Positions 54,830-64,000 of a stretch of DNA of 64,000 nucleotides are shown here, one piece after another. A program made the translations under genes and the position numbers. The stretch is taken from contig CAWJGT010000001.1 of NCBI GenBank assembly GCA_963842525.1, positions 160,001 through 224,000 of the forward strand. The letters run 5' to 3'. Below the pieces are notes generated by a model. It searched no databases, was not told the DNA's origin, and saw only the letters and a list, made by a program, of their open reading frames with translations. The DNA comes from an uncultured Holophagales bacterium (lineage in GTDB: Bacteria > Acidobacteriota > Thermoanaerobaculia > Multivoradales > UBA5704). Each line of letters starts with the position of its first letter. Positions within the stretch are counted from its first letter, which is position 1.

Positions 54830-55944
54830 CCCGCCTTCTCCAGCCGCTCGGGCAGATCGACCGGCTCGACCGGCCGCAGGTGCTGCTCCATCACGCGCGC
54901 GATCTGGCGCGCCGCGGCGACGCGCTCCCGTGTCCGTTCCTGGCCGACCTCCTGCCGCGCGAACTTCACCAGGTCGCAGGCCCTCAGCAGCTCCGCCGCC
55001 GGCCGCACCAGGGCCCCGGGCAGGCGGAGAGCGAGCCGGCGCTGGATCTCGCTCGTGGTGCTCTCAAGGGCCGGGATGTCGAGGCTGCGGCCCAGGTACT
55101 GCCGGAGCGCCCGGCTGAGGCGCGTGTGGAGCCTGACCGTGGACGGCTCATCGCCCAGGCGGTCGAGCTCGCCCAGCAGCTCGTCGAACGGAGGCAGCGG
55201 CGGCCGGGCCGCCTCGGTCGCCGCGACGGTCCGGCGCCCCTGCCGCCAGACGGCCCAGAGGGCGAGGAGTGCCACGGCGGACAGGGCCGCCAGGGTCCAC
55301 CAGAACGCGGCGCCGATCGGCAACTGGCGCGGCGGCGCGGCCGGCTTCGGCTTGGGGTCCTTTTCATTGGATGGGAAGACCGACCGGACCTGGACCGCCA
55401 GGCCCGCGGGGGTCTGCACCTGGAGCGTCCGGTCGCGCAGAGGGACGGCCACCGCGACCGGCGGCAGCTCGACCCGGCCGGTGCGGAACGCCGCGAGGAC
55501 GACCCGCTGCCGCCAGACCGCCGCGCCATTCTCCTCGCCGGTCCTCTGGGCCTGCCCCTTCTCCAGGACCTCCGCCTCGCCCCAGGTCCGGCCCCGCTGT
55601 TCCCAGACCGGGAACCGCGGATCGCCCGCGAGGCTCGCCGGGTCCACCCGCAGGGTCAGGACGGCCTCGATCCGGTCCCCCACCGTGACCTGCCGCGGGT
55701 TCAGGGTGACGTCGAGGCGGGGAGCGGGTTGGGCCAGGGCAGGGAGGGACAGGAGGACCAGCAGGCATCCCAGGGCCGCCCGGAGCCCCTCACCCCCCGG
55801 CCCCCTCTCCCAACCGCCCTCCCTTCCTCCGGGAGAGGGGGAGGAAAAACGCACAGATCCGGATGAGGCTGCCTCCTGCGAGGCTCCCCTCGCCCGGTGG
55901 TGGGGGAGGGCGGACTGGGAGAGGGGTCGGGGGTGAGGGCTCAC
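54826..55944 (-). CDS. Bat-operon membrane protein with a palindromic-repeat-derived N-terminus
   Basis: GTG start coupled to the DUF58 stop; signal-like segment, Ig-like domain, TM helix, 'ESTTSEI', 'DLVKFA'. Confidence 0.72.
   Translation of the reverse strand: MSPHPRPLSQSALPHHRARGASQEAASSGSVRFSSPSPGGREGGWERGPGGEGLRAALGCLLVLLSLPALAQPAPRLDVTLNPRQVTVGDRIEAVLTLRVDPASLAGDPRFPVWEQRGRTWGEAEVLEKGQAQRTGEENGAAVWRQRVVLAAFRTGRVELPPVAVAVPLRDRTLQVQTPAGLAVQVRSVFPSNEKDPKPKPAAPPRQLPIGAAFWWTLAALSAVALLALWAVWRQGRRTVAATEAARPPLPPFDELLGELDRLGDEPSTVRLHTRLSRALRQYLGRSLDIPALESTTSEIQRRLALRLPGALVRPAAELLRACDLVKFARQEVGQERTRERVAAARQIARVMEQHLRPVEPVDLPERLEKAG
55785..55941. repeat. CCCCTCACCCC…GGGGTGAGGG palindromic element inside a reading frame
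   Basis: Long inverted repeat GCCCCTCACCCCC…CCCTCTCCC / GGGAGAGGGG…GGGGTGAGGGC. Confidence 0.75.
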
Positions 55945-56915
55945 CGCTGGAACCTCCGGCGCCTCTGCTCGAAGAAGGCCAGGATGGTCTGGAGATACGG
56001 CCGGTCGGTCCGCAGCTCCAGGTGGTCCACCCCCAGGCGGCGGGTCAGGCGGGCGAGATCCTCGCGCTCGCGGCGCCGGCGCTCGGCGTGGTGGCGGCCC
56101 TGCTTGCGGCCGTCGACGAGGGCGACCCGGCCCGTCTCGGCATCGCGCAGCACTACCGGGCCGACCGCGGGCAGCTCCTGGTCCCGCGGATCGACGATCT
56201 CGACCACGATCACGTCGTGGCGGGCCGCCGCGGCCTTGAGCGCGCGCGTGCAGGGAGCGCCCAGGAAATCGGAGATGATGAAGAGCACCGAACGCCGCTT
56301 GAGCGTGGCAAGGACCGCGTCGAGCCCGCTCTCCAGGTCGGTCTGCCCGTGCGACGGCCGGTCGAGCACCTCGCGGACCAGGCGCAGCACGTGCGTGCGG
56401 CGGCGGCGCGGCTCCAGGAACAGCTCCAGCCGGTCGCTCATCAGGGCGGCTCCGACCCGGTCCTGGTTGCGCAGCGCCGCGAAGGCGAGGAGCGCCGAGA
56501 TTTCGGCCGCCAGCTCCCGCTTGAGGATCGCCCGCGAGCCGAAGCTCAGGCTCCCCGACACGTCGATGGCCAGGAAGATCGTGAGGTCCCGTTCCTCGAC
56601 GTACTTCTTGACGAACGGCGTGCCCATACGGGCGGTGACGTTCCAGTCGATCGTGCGGACGTCGTCGCCCGGCTGATAGGGGCGGACCTCGGCAAATTCC
56701 ATCCCGAGACCCTTGAAGACCGCGTGGTAATCGCCGGCCACCCCCTGGTCGACCAGACGGTTGGTGGCGATCTCGATCCGCCGCACCTTGCGCATGAGGT
56801 CGGCAGGCAGGCGCGAGGCCTTCCTCTCGGCGGGGACGTCGATCCGCCGGGCCGGCTCTCCTGCCGCTTCGCTCCGGCGGGACAGCGGCTTGCGCGGTGC
56901 GAAAAGACCGAACAT
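55941..56915 (-). CDS. DUF58 protein
   Basis: 'GMEFAEVRPYQPGDDVRTIDWNVTAR', 'DVSGS', 'ISDF'. Confidence 0.92.
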   Translation of the reverse strand: MFGLFAPRKPLSRRSEAAGEPARRIDVPAERKASRLPADLMRKVRRIEIATNRLVDQGVAGDYHAVFKGLGMEFAEVRPYQPGDDVRTIDWNVTARMGTPFVKKYVEERDLTIFLAIDVSGSLSFGSRAILKRELAAEISALLAFAALRNQDRVGAALMSDRLELFLEPRRRRTHVLRLVREVLDRPSHGQTDLESGLDAVLATLKRRSVLFIISDFLGAPCTRALKAAAARHDVIVVEIVDPRDQELPAVGPVVLRDAETGRVALVDGRKQGRHHAERRRREREDLARLTRRLGVDHLELRTDRPYLQTILAFFEQRRRRFQR

Positions 56916-56927
56916 GGGCTTCGCCTG

Positions 56928-57917
56928 CTAGGGAACGGGAATGCGATCGAGCAGCTTCGCGACCATATGATCCGTTGTGATCTCCTCCGCCTCGGCCTCA
57001 TAGGTCGGGATGATCCGGTGGCGCAGGACGTCGGCCGCCAGCTCCTTGATGTCCTCCGGGATCACGTAGCCGCGTCCGCGCACCAGGGCCATGGCCTTGG
57101 CGGCGCGGGCCAGGAACAGGGTCGCCCGCGGCGAAGCGCCGAAGGCGATCAGGTCGGTCAGCTCGCCGAGGCCGGCCGCGCGCGGCTCGCGGGTGGCCAT
57201 CACCAGATCCAGGACGTAGTTGCGGATCTTGTTGTCCAGGTAGACGGAGTCGACCACCCCGCGCAGGGCGAGCAGCCGGTCGCGGTCGACGACCGGGCTC
57301 GGCCGCAGGTCGTGCTCGACCAGCATGCGGTCGAGGATCTCCGCCTCCTCGGCCCGGCTCGGATAGGAGATCTTGAGCTTCATCATGAAGCGGTCCACCT
57401 GGGCCTCGGCCAGCGGATAGGTCCCCTCCTGCTCGATGGGGTTCTGCGTGGCGAGCACCATGAACGGCTCGGGGAGCTTCCACGTCCGGTCGCCGAGGGT
57501 GACCTGGCGCTCTTCCATCGACTCCAGCAGCGCCGACTGCACCTTGGCCGGCGCGCGGTTGATCTCGTCGGCGAGCAGCAGATGGGTGAAGACCGGGCCC
57601 TTCCGGGGGAGGAACTCGCCGCTCCGCTGGTCATAGATCAGCGTGCCGACGAGGTCGGCCGGCAGCAGGTCGGGGGTGAACTGGATGCGCTGCGAGTCGA
57701 TCGCGAGCGTCTGCGCGAGGGTCTTGACCGCCAGGGTCTTGGCGAGGCCCGGCACCCCTTCGATGAGGATATGGCCGCGGGCCAGAAGGCCGACCAGCAG
57801 GCGGTCGAGCAGGTAGTCCTGCCCGACGATGACCTTGCGCAGCTCGGCTTCGATCCGCTTGACGGTGAGCATCTCCCGCTCGAGATCACGGTTCAGGGTG
57901 GCGACGTCGACGTTCAT
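56928..57917 (-). CDS. MoxR-family AAA ATPase
   Basis: 'EGVPGLAKT', 'RIQFTPDLLPAD', 'DEINRAPAKVQSALLE', 'ATQNPIEQEGTY'. Confidence 0.95.
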   Translation of the reverse strand: MNVDVATLNRDLEREMLTVKRIEAELRKVIVGQDYLLDRLLVGLLARGHILIEGVPGLAKTLAVKTLAQTLAIDSQRIQFTPDLLPADLVGTLIYDQRSGEFLPRKGPVFTHLLLADEINRAPAKVQSALLESMEERQVTLGDRTWKLPEPFMVLATQNPIEQEGTYPLAEAQVDRFMMKLKISYPSRAEEAEILDRMLVEHDLRPSPVVDRDRLLALRGVVDSVYLDNKIRNYVLDLVMATREPRAAGLGELTDLIAFGASPRATLFLARAAKAMALVRGRGYVIPEDIKELAADVLRHRIIPTYEAEAEEITTDHMVAKLLDRIPVP

Positions 57918-58081
57918 AGGCCGATGGCCGGAGGTGCAAGTGAGGTGCCATGGAAAGTGCTCGCCGGCTCCCTCACAAGCGCCGGGTAAATATATGGCGG
58001 CATAGGCCTCTACGGCGCCCAACCGGTCGTCGCTCGGCCAATTTGGCACCTGTCCTTCATCCTTCTGATAGTTTGCTCCTC

Positions 58082-58858
58082 GTGCGTCCGCCGATCCTCA
58101 AGAAATCCCTGGGCCAGCACCATCTGGTGGATGGGTCCCTCTGCCATCCCCTGATCCGGTTCCTGGCGCCGACGGGGCAGCGGGTCCTGGAGATCGGCCC
58201 CGGAGGAGGAGTGCTGACGGCCGAGCTGCTCGCTGCCGGTGCCTGGGTGATCGGTTGGGAGCTGGACCTCGACTGGGCCGCGGAGCTGCACCGCCGTCTC
58301 CCGGACCAGGATCTCCGACTGGTGATCGGCGATGCTTTGGAGATCGCATGGGACCGCCTGCCGTCGCCGACCCTGGTCGCCGGCAACCTCCCCTACAACG
58401 TCGCGACCGCCATCCTCGAGAGGCTGCTGCCGCATCACGACAGGGTGCCGCTCGCCGCCGTCCTGGTCCAGAAGGAAGTCGCCGACCGCCTGGTGGCCGG
58501 CCCCCGGGATGAAGCCTACGGCTCGCTGAGCGTGATCATCGCCGCCTACGCAAAGGCGAAGATCCTCAGCCGGGTCCGCCCCGGCAGCTTCCGTCCGCCC
58601 CCCAAGGTCGAGAGCGCCTTCGTCGGCTTCGAGCTCCAACTCCCGCCACTGCCGGCCGAAGAGATGCCCTCCTTCATCAAGATGGTCCGCCTCGCCTTCG
58701 GGCAGCGGAGGAAGACCCTCCGGAACGCGCTGGCGGCCGGCTGGGGAAGGGAGAAGGCTGAAGCCGTGCTCCGGGCGGCGGGAGTGCCCGATCGGGTGCG
58801 GGCGGAGGAGCTCGGCCTGGAGAGATTTTTAGAGATTTACCGGGCCTCTCGGTATTGA
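58082..58858 (+). CDS. rsmA: 16S rRNA adenine dimethyltransferase
   Basis: 'KKSLGQH', 'EIGPGGG', 'GNLPYN', 'QKEVA', 'F.PPPKVES', 'QRRKTL'. Confidence 0.92.
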   Translation: MRPPILKKSLGQHHLVDGSLCHPLIRFLAPTGQRVLEIGPGGGVLTAELLAAGAWVIGWELDLDWAAELHRRLPDQDLRLVIGDALEIAWDRLPSPTLVAGNLPYNVATAILERLLPHHDRVPLAAVLVQKEVADRLVAGPRDEAYGSLSVIIAAYAKAKILSRVRPGSFRPPPKVESAFVGFELQLPPLPAEEMPSFIKMVRLAFGQRRKTLRNALAAGWGREKAEAVLRAAGVPDRVRAEELGLERFLEIYRASRY

Positions 58859-58906
58859 CGGTTGGTTCTACCGGAAGTCATACTAAACAGGAGGAAGAGA
58901 TGTACC

Positions 58907-59164
58907 ATGCCGACCGTCAAAACCGCGATCTCAATCCCAGAGCCCCTGTTCAATCGCGCCGAGAGCGTGGCACGGGAGCTTCAGATCTCTCGCAGCCAAC
59001 TCGTCGCCAAAGCATTGGACGAGTTCGTTAAGCGATTCGAGAGACAAACGTTGATCGAGGCCATCAACCGGGCCTACGCGGACGACCCGCCGAATGCAGA
59101 GGAGAAGCAGTTGTTGCAGGGAATCCGAGAGAAGCAGCGGAAGTTGCTGGAGTCCGAGAGTTGA
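58907..59164 (+). CDS. Ribbon-helix-helix antitoxin
   Basis: 'KTAISIP..LF…SRSQL..AL'; overlaps the toxin start. Confidence 0.8.
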   Translation: MPTVKTAISIPEPLFNRAESVARELQISRSQLVAKALDEFVKRFERQTLIEAINRAYADDPPNAEEKQLLQGIREKQRKLLESES

Positions 59165-59517
59165 TCCGGCAGGGGGATGTTTATTGGTTCGATTTCGGAA
59201 AACCCTCGGGATCTGGACCTGGGTTTCTTCGTCCCTGCGTTGTGGTGCAGGCCGATGCTTTCAACGAGAGCCTTCTCAATACAGTTGTGGTTTGCGTTTT
59301 GACGTCCAATCTCCTCCGAGCTCGGATTCCGGGTAATGTTCTTTTGGATGCAGGCGAAGCAGACTTGCCGGAGCGGAGCGTCGTTGTTGTCTCTCAACTC
59401 TTTACCGTGGATAAGGAAGATCTGCTGGACAAGATCGATACAGTCTTACCTGAGCATATTCGACAGATCTTCGAAGGCGTCTATCATCTCTTAAAGCCGG
59501 AGGACTTCCCCCTCTGA
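59161..59517 (+). CDS. PemK/MazF-family toxin
   Basis: 'QGDVYW…GS..RPCVVVQ…N…LTSN…GNV…SQ.FTVDK'. Confidence 0.9.
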   Translation: MIRQGDVYWFDFGKPSGSGPGFLRPCVVVQADAFNESLLNTVVVCVLTSNLLRARIPGNVLLDAGEADLPERSVVVVSQLFTVDKEDLLDKIDTVLPEHIRQIFEGVYHLLKPEDFPL

Positions 59518-59636
59518 CCGGCCGGCAGCCTCCATGAAGCGGCGGATCTCCGCGCGGCGTGCCTCCAAGCTTGCCGTGCCCGCTGTGCTAGACTTTATGC
59601 CTACTTGAAGGCGAAACCTTCAACCAGGACCTCAAC

Positions 59637-62177
59637 GTGTCTGTGGCCATTACCAAGACGACGAAGCCGCGCGAGCGGGCGAGGATCTCGCCGGAGAAGG
59701 GGAGCGAGCTGCTCGGCCTGCTGCTGTTCTGCGTCGGCCTCTTCCTCGCGCTCAGCTTCGCCAGCTACCGGCCGGACGACCCGAGCGTCTTCCACCAGGT
59801 CGCCGAAGCGGTCAAGGCGAAGAACTGGACCGGCGCCGCCGGGGCGCACGTCGCGGCGGTCGCCTTCGGCTTCCTTGGCCTGACCTGCCTGCTCATCCCC
59901 TTCTTCCTGCTGGCCACCGGCTGGCGGCGGCTGCGGCGGAAGGGGGCCCAGAAGGTCGTCGGCCGCGGCTTCGGGGCCGTCCTCCTCCTGGCGGCCACTC
60001 CGGCCCTGCTGCAGCTCACCCTGGGCCGGATCTCCTGGCGGGAGGGCTCCGTCGCCACCGGCGGCGCCTTCGGCCAGCTCCTGGCCGAGCTGCTCGACAA
60101 GCGCTTCAACTTCATGGGGACCATCGTCATTCTCCTGACCGGGGTCGCCTGCGGCACCGCCCTCGTCGTCCAGTCGACGCTCGGCGACCTGCTGGCGGCC
60201 TGGCGGGAGAAGCTCCGCCAGATCTGGCAGGAGCACGTCCTGGCGCGGGAGCGCCGGCGGGAGCGCCGGGAGAAGGAGCGCGTCCGGCGGCGGATCATCA
60301 CCAAGCACCTCCAGCGCGTGGTCGAGGAGAAGCAGAAGAAGGAAGAGGCGCCGATCCGGACCGGCGCGGTCCCGGTCAGCCGCTCGGTATCTCCGGCATC
60401 CCCGGCACCGCCGGAGCCGCCGCCCGGGCGCCTCGACCTCCCCCTCCGGGCCGGCCGGGTCGCCGAGCGGTGGGGAGATGCGGACCCCGGCATCCGCCGC
60501 GTGAGCGCCTCGGAGCTCCAGGAGGACGAGGAGTTCCACGCCGTCCGCGCCGCCTACGAATCCCTGCAAGAGGGGCCTCGGCCGTCTGCGTCACCGTCCA
60601 CGTCGTCCCCGTCTCCACGTTCTGCCCGGTCTCCGAAAGCGGCCCCACAGCCGCAGCTCTTCACTCCGACCGAGATCGCGCCGGGTACCCTGCCGCCGGT
60701 CAACCTCCTCCAGATGGGGGACGGCAAGAACGCGATCGATCAGGCCGAGCTGGTGCGCCTGGGCGAGGTGATCCGGACCCGCTGCGAAGAGTTCGGCGTC
60801 GAAGGGACTATCGAAGGCATCAGCCCCGGCCCGGTCATCACCGTCTTCGAGCTCCAGCCGGCCCCGGGCGTCAAAGTCAGCCAGGTCGTCAACCTCCAGG
60901 ACGACCTCGCCCTGGCGCTCAAGGCCGAGTCCGTGCGCATCGACCGCATGCCGGGTCGTTCGACGCTGGGGATCGAAGTGCCGAACCGCGAGCGCGCCAT
61001 GATCCGCCTGGGTTCGCTTCTCTCCGACGACCGGTTCCGGAAGGCGCCTTCGGTGCTGACCATGGCGATCGGCACCGACATCCACGGCGAGCCCTTCTAC
61101 GCCGACCTCGCCACCATGCCGCACCTGCTGGTGGCCGGCGCCACCGGAGCGGGCAAGAGCGTGGGCCTCCAGAGCATGATCACGTCGATCCTCTACAAGG
61201 CGACGCGCGAAGAGGTCCAGTTCATCTTCATCGATCCCAAACGGATCGAGCTGGGGGTCTACGCGGACATACCGCACCTGAAGTGCGAGGTCGTGGTCGA
61301 TCCCAAGAAGGCGGCCAACGCGCTGCGCTGGGCGGTGGCCGAGATGGAGCGGCGCTACCGCCTGCTGGCCGAGGTCCACGTCCGCTCGATCGCCTACTAC
61401 AACCGGGCGATCCAGGACCCGCAGGTGCAGCAGCGCCTCGCGCTGACTGAAGAGGGCGAGAGCGTCTTCACCGCGGCGGACCTGAAGCCGCTGCCCTACT
61501 ACGTCGTGGTCATCGACGAGCTGGCCGACCTGATGATGGTGGCGTCCTCGGATGTCGAAACCTCGATCGCCCGGCTCGCCCAGATGGCCCGTGCCGTCGG
61601 CATTCATCTGATCATCGCGACCCAGCGGCCGTCGGTCGACGTGCTGACCGGCACGATCAAGGCGAACTTCCCGTGCCGCATCTCCTTCGCCACCGCCAGC
61701 CGGCACGACTCGCGGACCATCCTCGACCAGGTGGGCTCCGAGAAGCTCCTGGGCAAGGGCGACATGCTGATGATGCCGCCCGGCTCCTCGCGCATCACGC
61801 GCCTGCACGGCGCCTACATCTCCGAGCAGGAGACCGCGGCGCTGATCCGCTGGCTCAAGAAGCTCGGCAAGCCCGATCTCGATCCCGACGTGCTCAAGGC
61901 GCCGGACAGCGAAGGCAGCAGCGCGAGCGGCGACGGCGACAACGACGACGAGCTCTACGACGAGGCGGCCCATCTGGTCGTGGCCGAGCGCCAGGCCTCG
62001 GCGAGTTTCCTCCAGCGCCGCATGCGCGTCGGCTTCTCCCGCGCCGCCCGCCTCATCGACATGATGGAGCGCGACGGCCTCCTCGGTCCCGCTCAGGGCA
62101 GCAAGCCCCGCGAGGTCCTCGTCAAGCCCGACTACTTCGAAGAGATCGACGGGGCGCGGCTGGGGGTGGAGGAGTAG
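59637..62177 (+). CDS. ftsK: DNA translocase FtsK
   Basis: 4-TM N-terminus, 'PHLLVAGATGAGKS', 'IDELADLMM', 'ATQRPSVDV', gamma domain 'SFLQRRMRVGFSRAARLID'. Confidence 0.96.
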   Translation: MSVAITKTTKPRERARISPEKGSELLGLLLFCVGLFLALSFASYRPDDPSVFHQVAEAVKAKNWTGAAGAHVAAVAFGFLGLTCLLIPFFLLATGWRRLRRKGAQKVVGRGFGAVLLLAATPALLQLTLGRISWREGSVATGGAFGQLLAELLDKRFNFMGTIVILLTGVACGTALVVQSTLGDLLAAWREKLRQIWQEHVLARERRRERREKERVRRRIITKHLQRVVEEKQKKEEAPIRTGAVPVSRSVSPASPAPPEPPPGRLDLPLRAGRVAERWGDADPGIRRVSASELQEDEEFHAVRAAYESLQEGPRPSASPSTSSPSPRSARSPKAAPQPQLFTPTEIAPGTLPPVNLLQMGDGKNAIDQAELVRLGEVIRTRCEEFGVEGTIEGISPGPVITVFELQPAPGVKVSQVVNLQDDLALALKAESVRIDRMPGRSTLGIEVPNRERAMIRLGSLLSDDRFRKAPSVLTMAIGTDIHGEPFYADLATMPHLLVAGATGAGKSVGLQSMITSILYKATREEVQFIFIDPKRIELGVYADIPHLKCEVVVDPKKAANALRWAVAEMERRYRLLAEVHVRSIAYYNRAIQDPQVQQRLALTEEGESVFTAADLKPLPYYVVVIDELADLMMVASSDVETSIARLAQMARAVGIHLIIATQRPSVDVLTGTIKANFPCRISFATASRHDSRTILDQVGSEKLLGKGDMLMMPPGSSRITRLHGAYISEQETAALIRWLKKLGKPDLDPDVLKAPDSEGSSASGDGDNDDELYDEAAHLVVAERQASASFLQRRMRVGFSRAARLIDMMERDGLLGPAQGSKPREVLVKPDYFEEIDGARLGVEE

Positions 62178-62219
62178 GGGCGGCTGCGGATCGTGTAGGC
62201 TGTGGCGGGGAGGACACCC

Positions 62220-62465
62220 ATGCTGACCATTGAGACCATCGCCACGGTGACAGAGGACGGCACGATCATGGCCAAGGCGCCGGGGTCCGTACCCAAGGGA
62301 CGGCACCGAGCCGTCATTGTTCTCGAGGATGCACCTGTCGAGGGAGCGTCTGATCGAGAGGCGCGTCAAAAATTTCCAAACATGGCCTCCTTCCGCGAAG
62401 GCCTCGGCGTGCCGGTCCATCCGGGCAACACGGTCCTTGAGATGCGCGAGGACGAGAGATCGTGA
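62220..62465 (+). CDS. Small antitoxin-like hypothetical protein (orphan)
   Basis: 81 aa with RBS GGAGG. The stop overlaps GTG-ATT-TAC ('MIY'), which resembles a PIN toxin start but does not continue as one. Confidence 0.55.
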   Translation: MLTIETIATVTEDGTIMAKAPGSVPKGRHRAVIVLEDAPVEGASDREARQKFPNMASFREGLGVPVHPGNTVLEMREDERS

Positions 62466-62575
62466 TTTACGCAATCGGAGTCGAGGTCATTCCGTAGTTT
62501 CTTTGCCGCCTCTTTCTTTACCGTCTTTGGGAGCAGCGTCGGTATAATCGAGGCTACTGAACTCCTTCGGTCGCG

Positions 62576-64000
62576 ATGGCGAGCTCTCCGGCATCACGCC
62601 CTCCCAAGGTCTTCATCAGCTACAGCCACGATTCCCCGGAACAGATGGATCGTGCGCTGGCGCTCTCCGACCGTCTGCGTTCGCACGGAGTCGATTCCTG
62701 GATCGACCAGTACGAGACCTCGCCCGCGGAGGGATGGCCTCGGTGGTGCGCGAGACAGGTCCGGGAAGCGGACTTCGTCCTCGTCATCTGCACGGAGACC
62801 TACGAGCGTCGCTTTCGTGGCATCGAAAATGGAGGCCGTGGGCTTGGCTCCGTCTGGGAAGGATACCTCGTCACGCAGGAGCTTCATGACGCGTCGGCCC
62901 GCAATACGAAATTCGTTCCTGTTGTCTTTCCCGGTGCTGTTTCGGAGCACATCCCGGATCTCCTGCGCGGAGTGACCCGCTACGAGGTGGGAGGCGACGG
63001 AGGCTACTGGCAACTCTACCGTCGACTGAGCGGTCAGGCCGAAACCCCTGCGCCACCTCTGGGGGCTCGTGTCCCTCTGCCCGCCCGGGAACGTCGTGCG
63101 GAGCGGTTCACGCTGATTCCCGACCCGCGATACGAGAACGAACAGATGAGAGCCCTGGCCGAGAACCTGGAGAAGGCCTACCGGCGTCTCGAGGAGCAGA
63201 CCGTCGCAGGTGGTGAGACGAGCACCGTCCGTGAAGAGATCCTGCGCCTCAGGCGGGAGATCCGGGACAGCGGAAGGCTTCAGGCCGGAGATTTCCTGGC
63301 TGAAGGTCGCTTCAAGCTCCTCGAGCCGCTGGGCCGCGGCGGTTTTGCCATCGTATGGAAGGCCTACGATCGGCAGCGTCATGAATTGGTCGCGGTCAAG
63401 GTGCTCCACGGTCTCCATGCCGAAGACCGTACGCGGCGAGAGCGTTTCTTTCGGGGTGCCCGGAAGATGGCCGAGCTTCACCACCATGGGATCGTGCGTG
63501 TGCTCGAAAGCCACCTGGAGGACGCGGGCAACCACTTTTTCGTCATGGAGCATGTAGACGGCGGAGATCTCCGCCAGGCAGTGCTCGAAGGCCATCTGCG
63601 GCGGGGCGAGATCCTGCCCCTGATCCTTGCCGTGGGAAGGGCCCTGAGCTTCGCGCACGATCAGGGCGTCATCCATCGGGACGTAAAACCCGCCAACGTC
63701 CTGTTGAACGGGCATGTCCCCAAGCTCACGGACTTCGACCTGGTCCGTGCCTTCGATACGACCGGAGGGACGCAGACCCAGGGCCTTCTGGGCACCTTTC
63801 TTTATACGGCTCCTGAGGTGCTGAGCAACGCCAAGGACGCAGGCATCGCGGCGGACGTCTATTCGCTTGCCATGACGGCGGTGTTTGGGTACTACGGTCG
63901 CGATCTTCCTGCGGACGTCTGGCGCCGGCCGGAGATCTTCCTGGAAAGGATTTCCTGCCCACCGGGGGTACGGGAGGCGCTCTGCCATGGGATCGCCTGG
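62576..64000 (+). CDS. SEFIR/TIR-like domain fused to a Ser/Thr protein kinase (partial, runs off the right edge)
   Basis: Manual translation: 'KVFISYSHDS…DQYE…GWPRW…ADFVLVICTETY…G.VWEG', then 'LGRGGFAIVW', 'VAVK', 'HRDVKPAN', 'DFD', 'GTFLYTAPE'. Confidence 0.9.
   Translation, partial: MASSPASRPPKVFISYSHDSPEQMDRALALSDRLRSHGVDSWIDQYETSPAEGWPRWCARQVREADFVLVICTETYERRFRGIENGGRGLGSVWEGYLVTQELHDASARNTKFVPVVFPGAVSEHIPDLLRGVTRYEVGGDGGYWQLYRRLSGQAETPAPPLGARVPLPARERRAERFTLIPDPRYENEQMRALAENLEKAYRRLEEQTVAGGETSTVREEILRLRREIRDSGRLQAGDFLAEGRFKLLEPLGRGGFAIVWKAYDRQRHELVAVKVLHGLHAEDRTRRERFFRGARKMAELHHHGIVRVLESHLEDAGNHFFVMEHVDGGDLRQAVLEGHLRRGEILPLILAVGRALSFAHDQGVIHRDVKPANVLLNGHVPKLTDFDLVRAFDTTGGTQTQGLLGTFLYTAPEVLSNAKDAGIAADVYSLAMTAVFGYYGRDLPADVWRRPEIFLERISCPPGVREALCHGIAW

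Noticed and set aside
62594-63988. 464-aa minus-strand ORF
   Set aside because: Antisense shadow of the SEFIR-kinase gene.

Overview
High-GC bacterial chromosome segment. The PadR + ADOP permease pair and the futalosine genes point to Acidobacteriota, possibly Thermoanaerobaculia (inference). The core backbone is moaA with an upstream Moco riboswitch, thiS, tRNA-Lys/tRNA-Leu, tig-clpP-clpX-lon-engB-rho-mqnA-mqnC, lysine-catabolism-type dehydrogenases, a GGDEF gene, a MoxR/Bat operon, rsmA and ftsK. The accessory regions contain: (i) a deaminase-like toxin gene remnant broken by nested IS elements; (ii) three immune-like proteins (nuclease-like NACHT-HEAT, TIR-STAND-WD40, SEFIR-kinase); (iii) an integrase-less integron-type cassette array with atypical attC sites, carrying a HEPN gene; (iv) about 22 copies of a 19-bp palindromic tandem repeat; (v) many toxin-antitoxin modules and remnants; (vi) three cargo blocks each bracketed by diverged duplicates of host gene ends; (vii) an AT-rich DnaA-box-like cluster. 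Several small indels, including one in engB, suggest assembly errors. All calls come from reading motifs by eye; no searches were run.
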